The notes below the pieces were generated by a model that worked only from the letters and a program-made list of their open reading frames with translations, did no database searches and had not been told where the DNA came from. Shown in pieces: positions 26,243-35,211 of a stretch of 64,000 bases of DNA. Position 1 is the first letter of the stretch. Every line of letters begins with the position of its first letter. This stretch comes from a virus: IMG/VR virus record IMGVR_UViG_3300038463_000401; one strand, 5' to 3'. Both the position numbers and the translations under genes were made by a program.

Positions 26243-26563
26243 TCACTTTAGGTGAGCTATCCAGACATCACCGAACTTGAATAGATGGTCTCCTGTCACA
26301 TTGTCATAGATACCTTGCCCATCCTTCCTGGCGGTGATGCCACAACTGTAACAGACGTACTTATCATCGTCCTTGGCGGAGACGCAGACGCTTTTGCAGA
26401 TGAGGCAACGGACGCCAACTCCACGTTCCACCAGACTAAGCGCCTGAGCATCGTCCGGTTCCTTAACGCCGCCGGACTGCAATAACTTACCCACCCGAAG
26501 GCTCATGGCGTAGTTGTGTTCCGGAGACAAATCCATCTTTAGTCTAAGTATGCGGTCAGTCAT
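26243..26563 (-). CDS. Zn-ribbon protein
   Basis: CLIC..CYSCG; GGAGAACAC RBS. Confidence 0.65.
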   Translation of the reverse strand: MTDRILRLKMDLSPEHNYAMSLRVGKLLQSGGVKEPDDAQALSLVERGVGVRCLICKSVCVSAKDDDKYVCYSCGITARKDGQGIYDNVTGDHLFKFGDVWIAHLK

Positions 26564-26573
26564 GTGTTCTCCC

Positions 26574-26750
26574 TTATGGTTTGATCATCTTAACGATATG
26601 CCCAGCACCAGGCACCAAATCGACGAGCTGCGAGAGGCCTCGTATTACGACCTCTTGCTGGTGATCGTCGAACGGTGGCGGTTGGGCGATGCCTAGCGTG
26701 GCACAGCTTGTTAGCCACATAGTCAGAGCCAACGCGATAAGAGGCCTCAT
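26574..26750 (-). CDS. small lipoprotein (58 aa, MRPLIALALTMWLTSC...)
   Basis: Hand translation; ATGA coupling to the upstream stop; LTSC lipobox. Confidence 0.65.
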   Translation of the reverse strand: MRPLIALALTMWLTSCATLGIAQPPPFDDHQQEVVIRGLSQLVDLVPGAGHIVKMIKP

Positions 26751-27019
26751 GACTTGGCCTTCCGCTCCATCCGGCCCATCTCTTCAAGCAGGGCAACCGC
26801 GTACTTGGCTTGGTCTTGCCTCTTCATCAGGAGGCGGCTAAGTAGCCCTCCCACCAAACTCAGCACAAAGCTAACGCCGATCATCACCCAGAAGCCGTAG
26901 CGGTACCAGACTTCCCAGTAGACGAAGAGACTTACCGGGATCATGGCTAGCAGCGAGATTAAGTAGGCCTTCGGATAAGTACGCCACATGGCGATAAGCA
27001 CGACAAAAACCATGTTCAT
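26747..27019 (-). CDS. small multi-pass membrane protein
   Basis: Two to three hydrophobic helices; GGAGAACAC RBS. Confidence 0.7.
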   Translation of the reverse strand: MNMVFVVLIAMWRTYPKAYLISLLAMIPVSLFVYWEVWYRYGFWVMIGVSFVLSLVGGLLSRLLMKRQDQAKYAVALLEEMGRMERKAKS

Positions 27020-27069
27020 TGTGTTCTCCCTTATTGTTGTTTCACTAGGGGGCCCGAAGGCCCCATCGT

Positions 27070-27306
27070 TCAGTTACTGCTGGCGACCCGATTAGCCTTT
27101 GCAGCTATCCGAGCTTCCTTCTCCCGAGACTCCCGAAGCTTACGTTCCGTACGGCTTTCCTTACGGCGTTCCACAGCGTCACCGACGATCTCACCCATGC
27201 TGACGATGCAATGCGCCACGATCACCGAACAGACCGAGACGACCGCAATAGTCCACGCACCGGAGCAGATCTGGCTGGCCAAAGACACTTGATTGTTGTT
27301 TTCCAC
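27070..27306 (-). CDS. single-pass membrane peptide
   Basis: GTG start; TM followed by a highly charged tail. Confidence 0.6.
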   Translation of the reverse strand: MENNNQVSLASQICSGAWTIAVVSVCSVIVAHCIVSMGEIVGDAVERRKESRTERKLRESREKEARIAAKANRVASSN

Positions 27307-27385
27307 GACGCTCTCCCTGATAGGTTAAAATAAACAAACCCTTGTTTAGAAGAACTACCACAATGGTAATTCTTTCTTCATAGTC

Positions 27386-27393
27386 CTTATACC
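27386..27393 (-). promoter_or_regulatory. GGTATAAG promoter-like motif
   Basis: Preceded by ctgaaaa..tttt; downstream of a terminator. Confidence 0.6.
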
Positions 27394-27450
27394 CAGAAAA
27401 GGGCTGTTTTTTCAGGATTTAGGGCTATTTGGGGCACCCCTATAATGGGT

Positions 27451-27479
27451 AAAAAAAGACCCCGAAGGGTCACTTTTTA
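27451..27479 (-). terminator. intrinsic terminator with UUCG loop
   Basis: gaccc-ttcg-gggtc plus T7 on the minus strand. Confidence 0.75.
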
Positions 27480-27493
27480 CCCACTAAAATGGG

Positions 27494-28048
27494 TCAATTT
27501 AGCTCTATTCGGGGAGTACCTGGCGGGGGTCCATAGAACAGCTTTCCGGTAGGAACCGGCCCTCCGGGCGGCAGCCTGGGGTCTTGCCCCATAACTAGCT
27601 CGCCCGGGTAGCGGGTTTTGTCCTCTAGCTGGACGATGTTGTAAACGAACTGCCAATATCTGGCGGGGTCTTGGATAGTCAGGCAGAGCGCGCGGAACGC
27701 TCCGGGGAGGGTGTTAACGTCTATCTTGCCTGACATGATGTCCGCGTATTGCGGATCACTTGGCAGGGTGTGGCGAAGAACGACCTCAGAGGTGTAGGAC
27801 ACCCGCTGAGGCCGTTTTTCCTGAACGAGGGCCTTCAGGCTATCAAGAACCGTCTCGCGGTCGGCGGCGCCCAAGGTGGGGTTTATGGTGTAAACCTCCG
27901 CCTTGGTGCCAAATACCGCCACGAACGTAGGTGGGTAGTACCCTCTCTGAATGATGGCTTTTGCCTCCTCATAGATGAAACTGATGAACTCGTCGACGTC
28001 TAGCGGCCGTTCGAACTGGATTTCCTTGCTTTCAAAATGAGACATCAT
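27494..28048 (-). CDS. hypothetical protein
   Basis: ORF coupled to the primase-helicase. Confidence 0.65.
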   Translation of the reverse strand: MMSHFESKEIQFERPLDVDEFISFIYEEAKAIIQRGYYPPTFVAVFGTKAEVYTINPTLGAADRETVLDSLKALVQEKRPQRVSYTSEVVLRHTLPSDPQYADIMSGKIDVNTLPGAFRALCLTIQDPARYWQFVYNIVQLEDKTRYPGELVMGQDPRLPPGGPVPTGKLFYGPPPGTPRIELN

Positions 28049-31000
28049 CGACTTTACCCAGCGGTAGTGGTTCTGTTCCGCCCACTACTCTGAGTGGTGT
28101 TGTGATACCGAGCTTGTGCAGGTCCATTGCCCAGTACCTCTTCTGCGCTTTGAGCGAGGAAACGTAGACTGACTCCGTTGACTCGTTCTGCTTGTTGGTC
28201 CTGAGATACCCGTCTTCGTAAAGCTGCCGGCCAATGGACTTGATCGTACCCACCAGGTTGGTGTTGCGCAGGTAATTCTTGACCGCTTCCCATGCCGCGG
28301 TTGGATGGATAAACGCAATGTGCGCCGACCCAATGTCCCGGGACTGGATAAAGCCGATCTGCGGCTTCCCTTCAGCAACATACCCCTCTAGGTCCTTGAT
28401 GGACACCTGCCTGGTATCAATCAAGTAGTATAGGGCCTCAGCAAATATCCGGCCATTCTGCTCGTTCTCGCAGTTGCCAATGGTGCCAAACGCCAACGAG
28501 ACGATGTGGTGCCAATGCTCTGCGATTAGCTCCTCCTGTTCCCTTGGCCCAACCACCCCGCTATGCAGCATGAACTCTACCCAGAGCTGCCAAGTCAGGT
28601 GGTTGATAGCCAGGTTAACCGCAACGCGCGCGGCGTTCTGCCGGCTTTGGAACTCCGTCTGAAGCTTCATCCGGATGTCGTTGAGCTTTGGCTTGAACGA
28701 CGACACGTCGGCATTCAAGATCCAGTGGATGAACCTAGCGGTCACCCCTTGGTAGTTCTGGTAGAACTCCTGGCACCGGTTGTAACTGTCGAGCGTCTTT
28801 GTCGTATCCTGCCGTTTTGTCTCGATCAGGATGGTTCTGGCAATGATGCTCGCCTCCCCGCTAATGAACTGCTCGCCGGTGCCTAGAATGGTTGCCCGAA
28901 CGGCCTTCAGCGCGCGCGGCGTCCCATCCCTGTTCAGCTTAACTGACTCTTGCCGGTCGTAGCCGTAGTGGAAGAGATCCGTTACGGCTGCGATCTGGTA
29001 CTTGTCGAGGCCCTTATAGTCGTCTAGCACCAGCAGCGCGTCCTTGCATTCGAACGCTTCGTACATCGCCCCGTTACCGGATGACTTCAGGTTCAACACC
29101 TTATCGAAGTTGCCCCAAAACCATTGCAACGCACAGGCTAGTTCCGTCTTGCCAGCTCCGGTAAGCCCCTCGAAGAAGAGCGACGGCTGCTGCTTCAGCT
29201 GGAAGATGTGTGACGTGACCGGTAACATCGCATGGGATATTCCAATCGTCGTCCACTGCCGCGGCCAGCTATTGAGCATGTCCGTCTTGATGCTCATCAT
29301 CGCCGACATAAACTCGTCGTCACCAAGGATCTTGAAGTCATACTTCCGGGCATATGCCTTGTTTGAGAGATCCAGCCGCATCTCTGTATTAGGCTTTACT
29401 CCGTCTTTGTCCACAACCACGCTCGGCATGATATAGGAATTGCCATACCAGCCCTGAGTTGTCAGGTACTCGTTGTAGGCAATCCCAGCCTTGATCGAAA
29501 AGGCCATAGCAGCCTGACGCACGCCGCCAAGGTTTTGCCGAATGATGTTGTAGCCAGAGCTTAAGAGGCGCCCGAAGTACTTCGAGAATTCGGTGTTGTC
29601 CTCCCACGTGTCCGAATCCACCTCAAACTTGCGCTCCATGCCATGGGTACGCGCCGTGCCGAGGTAGACTGTCTTAACCACCTTGCCTTCGTCGGTGTAG
29701 GACTTCACCTCCTCAATCTGGAAGTCCGTCTGCGAGATCGACTTCTGTGTCTTATCCTTGAGGTTGACCGTCGAGTAGCCATAAGGCCGATCCTTCTTGT
29801 ACGAGTTACCCTGGATGTGCAAGATGTCGTCGCGCTTGGACGTCGACTCCTTGTACTCCTTGGTGGCCTCGGCTTTGCCTTCACGGAAGGCTTTGCCGAT
29901 TTCGCCGACGCGGGAGACTTTGTTGGACTTGAGGAAGTCCTTCAGCTCTTTCTGCTGATCCTCGTCGAAGACCATTGCGCGTACAGCGAGGGCTGCGAGT
30001 GCTTTGGCCTTTGCGTCGGTGTCCTCCACATCCTTTAGCGCAAGTGCCTCCTCCATAAGACGCTTGAGGAAGTCTTCGCCTTTGCCGAAGGCGTAGCGAA
30101 CTGGTGAGGGCTGGATCCACTCACGCTCTGGGGCGTCGTGCAGCGTGACTTGTTGGCCCTCAACCGTTATAGTCGGCGGGCGTGGTTTGAAGCATTGAGT
30201 CTTCGGCAGACAAATACCATTTTCTCTCATCTTCTGGCACGTATGCGGACGATAATTTTTGTCCACCGAGTGCTCTAGCTGCTTCCAGTCTTGCTCGTTC
30301 TGTCCCCATCCAGGGACGTTCTTGCGAAACCAGTCCAGCCCATCTACCGTCGCCATGCACATGTGAAAAAGGGAAAAACCCTCTTGATGGGATACTACCT
30401 GCCCAGCTAAAGCCTTATCGCGCACACGGCGCAGTGCAGCGCAGCCATCCAACACCTTCTCTATAGAGCCTTGCAGCGGCGGCTGCCACTTAGAGTTCCT
30501 CGAGTTTCCCATGCCGGTGCTGTAAGTGCGGGAGGGGCCAGAGGTCTGCTGTTCTTCGATCAGCTCGATCCCTTCCTTCTCGATAACTGCATCGAGCTGG
30601 GCAACAGACACGAGCGGAAATGTATCTAGGAAGTTCCACTGCGCTTCGATTACGTGGTCGATGGGCACAGAGTCATCGTCCACCCCCTCGGCAATCTCTG
30701 CCAAGGGAACCAAGTGCAGATGACCCTTTTCCACTACCGGAGCTGGCACTGGCTGAAGATCTGCTTTGAAGCGTCCGATCACAATGTTTCGCTCATCGAC
30801 GAAACAATTGCGCCCAACACTAAAGCGATGCTCGACACAGGGGGGCTTAATTCCGTTTCCAATGCCTGAAGGGCTGTTGGCGCTTTGCTTGGGGAAAACC
30901 TCCGGCAATCCCTTAATGCCCATACGGAGGTTTTGCATAAAGCCAACGCGCTCGCAGAGTTCGTACATTATGGAACGAACTTTGTACGCAGGATAGAAAG

Positions 31001-31460
31001 CATCGAGGAACCCATATAAATGCCATCCCGCGGTTGTCGACCTAGCTGCCGCAGTGGGAATGCCCCATTCTTTTAGCTGCTGCTGCGCCCGCGATACCTC
31101 TGCCCAGGTATAGCGCTTCGTCACTTCCATGTGTTCCTTCGCATCGAAGTCGAGTGCGAAGAACTTCACAGTGTTGTCGAGAAGTAACGTGTAGTGGATA
31201 ATTTCGTCATCGCCGTGGATGTGGCGAAGCACAGACTCGTCGCTGACTGGAACGTACTGCTTAATCTCACAGCTATCGCAACGAGTGCCGTCGCGGAGCT
31301 TCAGGTGGCAGCGATCAGACCAGATATTGGCACATTTGGGGCTGTAGGAGCCTCGCTGCTTCCCGTCCTCCTGTTGCACATAGAACTTGACCCCGAAAAC
31401 ATCTTGCCTGCCGTAGAATTTTTGGCGGAAGATGCGTGCCTTGTCCTGGTCTGAATACAT
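28032..31460 (-). CDS. DNA primase-helicase fusion (TOTE-type AEP, PriL-like Cys domain, DUF927/SF3-like P-loop)
   Basis: FYGRQDVF..YSPKC, FFALDFD, RSTTAGWHLY, RPHTCQKM..ICLP, GLTGAGKT, LLVLDD. Confidence 0.85.
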   Translation of the reverse strand: MYSDQDKARIFRQKFYGRQDVFGVKFYVQQEDGKQRGSYSPKCANIWSDRCHLKLRDGTRCDSCEIKQYVPVSDESVLRHIHGDDEIIHYTLLLDNTVKFFALDFDAKEHMEVTKRYTWAEVSRAQQQLKEWGIPTAAARSTTAGWHLYGFLDAFYPAYKVRSIMYELCERVGFMQNLRMGIKGLPEVFPKQSANSPSGIGNGIKPPCVEHRFSVGRNCFVDERNIVIGRFKADLQPVPAPVVEKGHLHLVPLAEIAEGVDDDSVPIDHVIEAQWNFLDTFPLVSVAQLDAVIEKEGIELIEEQQTSGPSRTYSTGMGNSRNSKWQPPLQGSIEKVLDGCAALRRVRDKALAGQVVSHQEGFSLFHMCMATVDGLDWFRKNVPGWGQNEQDWKQLEHSVDKNYRPHTCQKMRENGICLPKTQCFKPRPPTITVEGQQVTLHDAPEREWIQPSPVRYAFGKGEDFLKRLMEEALALKDVEDTDAKAKALAALAVRAMVFDEDQQKELKDFLKSNKVSRVGEIGKAFREGKAEATKEYKESTSKRDDILHIQGNSYKKDRPYGYSTVNLKDKTQKSISQTDFQIEEVKSYTDEGKVVKTVYLGTARTHGMERKFEVDSDTWEDNTEFSKYFGRLLSSGYNIIRQNLGGVRQAAMAFSIKAGIAYNEYLTTQGWYGNSYIMPSVVVDKDGVKPNTEMRLDLSNKAYARKYDFKILGDDEFMSAMMSIKTDMLNSWPRQWTTIGISHAMLPVTSHIFQLKQQPSLFFEGLTGAGKTELACALQWFWGNFDKVLNLKSSGNGAMYEAFECKDALLVLDDYKGLDKYQIAAVTDLFHYGYDRQESVKLNRDGTPRALKAVRATILGTGEQFISGEASIIARTILIETKRQDTTKTLDSYNRCQEFYQNYQGVTARFIHWILNADVSSFKPKLNDIRMKLQTEFQSRQNAARVAVNLAINHLTWQLWVEFMLHSGVVGPREQEELIAEHWHHIVSLAFGTIGNCENEQNGRIFAEALYYLIDTRQVSIKDLEGYVAEGKPQIGFIQSRDIGSAHIAFIHPTAAWEAVKNYLRNTNLVGTIKSIGRQLYEDGYLRTNKQNESTESVYVSSLKAQKRYWAMDLHKLGITTPLRVVGGTEPLPLGKVDDVSF

Positions 31461-31463
31461 AAC

Positions 31464-32387
31464 TCACTCCCTGATGTTAAGTTCCCGCGCCCGACGCGCT
31501 TCCCACATACGCTTATACTTATCGTTGCCAATAGCCCCTGACGGCGTGAACACAGCACGCTCTTCGCTCCACCCCTTGGACAGGCGAGTGCAGATGCAAG
31601 ATGTAGATAGGCCCACCTCTGCGGCCCAATCCACCAGTAATTGGGTTCTGCCGTTAAGGGTGATGGGGTGCAGACCCGCACGGTTTCTTGCTTGTTCAGT
31701 AGGCGTGGCCCACCGGCAAAGACCGGGGCCATAGTTACCGCCCTTCATTCGATCCAGGCTTGTACCCGGCGGTCTCTTCCCCATGTCAGCAAGAAAATTT
31801 TCAAAAGTGTGCCAACGTAGGTCAACCGTCACCCCCTTAGCCCCATAGCTCTGGTAGCTTTTGCGCGCAGGATTGTAGCATCGGTCCATCATGGCACCCC
31901 AAGACTGATACTCTCGGGAACATCTTCCTGTTGGATGGTGTCCGTGGGTTGTGTTGGCAGTTACTCTGGTTTCTTTCTGCAGGCACCCACAGGATTTGGT
32001 GCCTCCCCTGAGTAGATTGTTGGCGTGGGCTAAGCGTTCCCCTCCGCATGTGCATTTGCACACCCAAAAAGTTCTACCGTCGCGCCCCCTTTCCTCAGAT
32101 CTACCCATGACGGTCAATCTCTCAAAAACTTGTCCAGTAAGGTCACCGTGAGTTGTTGTGTTTTGCTTCCCCCTGGCACCTGGGGAGAGCCGTCGATAAC
32201 AACCACAAGAGATGCGGCGCCCGCTGGTCAGGTCCTTGCCAAGGGAGGGCACTTCATTGCCGCAGTCACATTTACAGATCCAGGGACGTCTGCCAGATAG
32301 ACGGAACTCTTTTCTGGTCTCCACCCGTAAAGCCACCAACTTCCCAAATCGTCTGCCGGTTAGATCGTTTTTGTCGCTTCTTCGCAT
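31464..32387 (-). CDS. HNH homing endonuclease (possibly degenerate)
   Basis: WICKCDCG repeats, SWGAMMDRCYNP, FENFLADMG, SLDR..CRWAT. Confidence 0.85.
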   Translation of the reverse strand: MRRSDKNDLTGRRFGKLVALRVETRKEFRLSGRRPWICKCDCGNEVPSLGKDLTSGRRISCGCYRRLSPGARGKQNTTTHGDLTGQVFERLTVMGRSEERGRDGRTFWVCKCTCGGERLAHANNLLRGGTKSCGCLQKETRVTANTTHGHHPTGRCSREYQSWGAMMDRCYNPARKSYQSYGAKGVTVDLRWHTFENFLADMGKRPPGTSLDRMKGGNYGPGLCRWATPTEQARNRAGLHPITLNGRTQLLVDWAAEVGLSTSCICTRLSKGWSEERAVFTPSGAIGNDKYKRMWEARRARELNIRE

Positions 32388-34180
32388 TTGCCCCTCTTCT
32401 TCTTTTTCTTATGCCCCTTCACCTGATCCCTCAACCTCCCCCACACCTCCATCGCGTTATCGCCCACAAACTCAGGGTCGATCAAAACGGACTGTTGGTG
32501 CAGCTTCAGCGCGACGGTGTCATACATGGCCTCGTCGATGGTGTCTTTCGCCAGAAGGTAGTACACAATCATAGGAAAGCGTTGGGAGTTTCTACGTATC
32601 CTGTGGATGGCTTGATATTGGTCTTCGGAGCTGTGACTCATAGAATAGAACACCATGTAGTGGGCAACGGTCAGTGTGACGCCGTGTGCGCAGGATTTGG
32701 GATGTAGCAAGATAATGCGAATAGCGGGGTCTTTGATGAAGGCTTCGAGATTGGCTAGCTTACGCGCGGTGGGCGTATCCCCGTAGTAGGAAACGACACC
32801 GTGATCCTTATACCGTTCTTCCAGCTCCCTAAACTCAAACCGATACTCACAATAAATAATTACCTTGCTCGCGCGGTCGATCTCTTCGTTCAGGAGTTGG
32901 TCGAGCATTTCAATCTTGGGGTTGACGCCCTCGATCGGGTGTGCGGCCTCCTCGGCGTCGATCATGAACCCGCCAGTGATTTGGCGAAGCTTCTGGATCT
33001 GTGCTAGTGCGATCGTCACCGCGATATGCTCGTTGTCAATCTCGGTGTGCAGCGTCTCTTCCATCTCGGCGTAGTGGGCGGCTTGAGGACGGCTCATGTC
33101 GACCATGCGCTTGATGACAGTCAGCTCGGGGAGATCTGGCAGGGCGTCTTCTATGCGTATCCGGTAGGCGAGGGGGTTGATGATGTTACCGATAGCTTCG
33201 ATGCTCTCGGGCTTGATCACGTAGGAGGTGAGTGTGTTGGGGTCAGATGGATTGCCGAAGTACACCGTGTTGGTATGCTCGGCTTTGAAATCTCTCCAGC
33301 TCGCTTCGAGGAGGAAACCGTGCGGATCTAGGAAGTGAAGCTGGGGCCACAGATCGACCGGAGAGTTTGGCGCTGGCGTGCCGCTCATAATAGCCCGACG
33401 TGGTGCGTGCTCCGCGACGTGCATCAGCGCCTTAACGAACGACCCGCCCTTAGAGCGCTCGCTGCGATACGATTTCATGACGGTGCTCTCATCACAGATA
33501 ACGAACTGGAAGCGCTTCGCTGCAAGCTCCTTCTGCATCAGCCGCAACCCGTCATGGTTTATGAGGTAGAGGTCGGCAGGATCCTCAAGAGCTTTAAGGA
33601 TCTTTTCTCTCCGCTTGTGAGCGCTTGCACCCCACAGAACGTTCGCTTTCAAATTAGTGAGGTTCTGTATGTCGCCCATCCAGCCCTGGTACATGGTTGC
33701 CAGCTTTCCGCATACGAGCGTTTTACCCCTTGGTAATAGGCCCTTTTTGATAAGCTGCTCAACAGCCTGTGCCACCATCCACGTTTTTCCGACACCACAG
33801 CTAGCGAACAATGCCGCCCTCTGTACGTTCACCAAATACACCACGCCGCGATGCTGGTACGGCCCGATCGGGGCAGTCCTATAGTCGTATTGCGGAAGGT
33901 TGGGGCTCGTCTTCGCCAGCATCGCGGTTTCTATCATCTTGTTGAACTTGTTTAGTTCGACTTTGAGGCTCTCAATGCGGCCTTGGCCCTCTTGAACAGG
34001 GATGGGGCCAAACTGTTTATAGATGCGCTGAAGGTTTTGCTTGCTGAAAGCGAGATGCCAGGCACCAAGACGTTCGCTGTACTTGGCATGTTCTCCGATA
34101 TGAACCCACGGGGCTTCGTCGGTGGGCGCGCCCACATCACGAAGTATGATTTGATTTTTCCACACCGAAAGGGAAGGCAC
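32360..34180 (-). CDS. SNF2-family (SF2) helicase/translocase
   Basis: GVGKT, ICDEST, SGTPAPNS, LRQIT, HGVTLT, QAIHRIRR; start set at GTG after GGAGAACAC. Confidence 0.9.
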   Translation of the reverse strand: MPSLSVWKNQIILRDVGAPTDEAPWVHIGEHAKYSERLGAWHLAFSKQNLQRIYKQFGPIPVQEGQGRIESLKVELNKFNKMIETAMLAKTSPNLPQYDYRTAPIGPYQHRGVVYLVNVQRAALFASCGVGKTWMVAQAVEQLIKKGLLPRGKTLVCGKLATMYQGWMGDIQNLTNLKANVLWGASAHKRREKILKALEDPADLYLINHDGLRLMQKELAAKRFQFVICDESTVMKSYRSERSKGGSFVKALMHVAEHAPRRAIMSGTPAPNSPVDLWPQLHFLDPHGFLLEASWRDFKAEHTNTVYFGNPSDPNTLTSYVIKPESIEAIGNIINPLAYRIRIEDALPDLPELTVIKRMVDMSRPQAAHYAEMEETLHTEIDNEHIAVTIALAQIQKLRQITGGFMIDAEEAAHPIEGVNPKIEMLDQLLNEEIDRASKVIIYCEYRFEFRELEERYKDHGVVSYYGDTPTARKLANLEAFIKDPAIRIILLHPKSCAHGVTLTVAHYMVFYSMSHSSEDQYQAIHRIRRNSQRFPMIVYYLLAKDTIDEAMYDTVALKLHQQSVLIDPEFVGDNAMEVWGRLRDQVKGHKKKKKRGKCEEATKTI

Positions 34181-34730
34181 TATGTGTTCTCCTGGGATGA
34201 TTCGCACACGTCGTCACCGTGCACTGCCGACAGATATCCAACCCTCCCTGATCTCGGACTTGGGGATGGTCACTAAACGTGATGCATTTGTTGCAGAGTG
34301 TTTCTAGTCGGTCGCTATAGGGATCTCTGATTGTTTTGACGCAAGAAACCAAGGTACCACAGCTGGAACACTGTTCTCTACCCTTGCTCGAAATTCTCAG
34401 TCTCGACGGGTCTGTAACAACTCCATCCACGACCAAACCCTGCAAAAACCATACATTCTCGCCGTCGGTGATGTGCTCCACTACTTCATCATGAGCGACA
34501 AGTGCGTAGACTTTATCGCTATTACCTCGGAAGGTTTTCATCCCCAATAAGTCTGCTGCGTCCGCCGCCCCCTCCCGTGAGGTCGCAATCCACTTCCTCG
34601 TCGCCGCGACGATGTAGTTGAGCCAGTCATCGGGGATGGTCTCAGAGGGTATCCCCGCCTCGAGGAGTTGACGCCGCACTCCGGCCCTCATCTCCGGGCT
34701 GGGAAAGAACGAGTTTGGTTTCTGGGTCAC
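34137..34730 (-). CDS. Cys-rich hypothetical protein
   Basis: Several CxxC pairs in the C-terminal third. Confidence 0.6.
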   Translation of the reverse strand: MTQKPNSFFPSPEMRAGVRRQLLEAGIPSETIPDDWLNYIVAATRKWIATSREGAADAADLLGMKTFRGNSDKVYALVAHDEVVEHITDGENVWFLQGLVVDGVVTDPSRLRISSKGREQCSSCGTLVSCVKTIRDPYSDRLETLCNKCITFSDHPQVRDQGGLDICRQCTVTTCANHPRRTHSAFPFGVEKSNHTS

Positions 34731-35166
34731 TGAGAGATCCTCCGTAGGTGCAGTACATTTCTAGCGACTTAGCGAGGTTGCCGATGGCGCGGCCGCGGCC
34801 GATGAGTTCTTTGATGTGGTCGCCGTCGAGCTTGCTATGCACGGCCTCTTGCAGCATGAGCTGTGCATCGACGAGTGCCGCGATCCTGTCTTTGCCCGTC
34901 AGCTCGCGGACGAACGTCCTATACGCCTTGCGAATGGCTTCGAAGCGCGTGCGTTCTGCGTCGGTTATGGGTTTCTTCTGCCGCTCGCGGTCTTCCATGG
35001 ACTGGACGTAGTCGGCCATCTGCATCGCGAGGTAGTAGGGCAACTCGAAGAATTCGTTTGTGGGGACGCTCAGCCGAACGCCGCAGCTTGGGCAGTTCTC
35101 TAAGCCTGGCGAGGGTAGCTCGTATGAGCAGCTTGGGCAAAAGGCGGCAGCTTTCACGATTGTCAT
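34642..35166 (-). CDS. Zn-ribbon hypothetical protein
   Basis: CPSC..CPSCG; GGAGG SD. Confidence 0.65.
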   Translation of the reverse strand: MTIVKAAAFCPSCSYELPSPGLENCPSCGVRLSVPTNEFFELPYYLAMQMADYVQSMEDRERQKKPITDAERTRFEAIRKAYRTFVRELTGKDRIAALVDAQLMLQEAVHSKLDGDHIKELIGRGRAIGNLAKSLEMYCTYGGSLSDPETKLVLSQPGDEGRSAASTPRGGDTL

Positions 35167-35200
35167 TAGTTTCCTCCGAGGTTATTATTCGTCCAGGTGA

Positions 35201-35208
35201 CTTATACC
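35201..35208 (-). promoter_or_regulatory. GGTATAAG promoter-like motif at the strand switch
   Basis: Upstream of the first gene of the minus-strand arm. Confidence 0.6.
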
Positions 35209-35211
35209 TAA

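Noticed and set aside
26574-27019. Holin/spanin (Rz-Rz1) interpretation of the TM gene plus small lipoprotein
   Set aside because: Over 4 kb from the endolysin, separated by a terminator, under an early-type motif and lacking an i-spanin coiled coil; not fully excluded
31464-32387. HNH as an intron-encoded ORF splitting a helicase-primase gene
   Set aside because: SNF2 ends with its last motifs intact and the primase starts with a complete AEP domain; no group I features seen
28032-34180. Inteins in the primase-helicase or SNF2
   Set aside because: No Cys/Ser-start..HN-C/S/T splice motifs or LAGLIDADG blocks seen; lengths are explained by the domains
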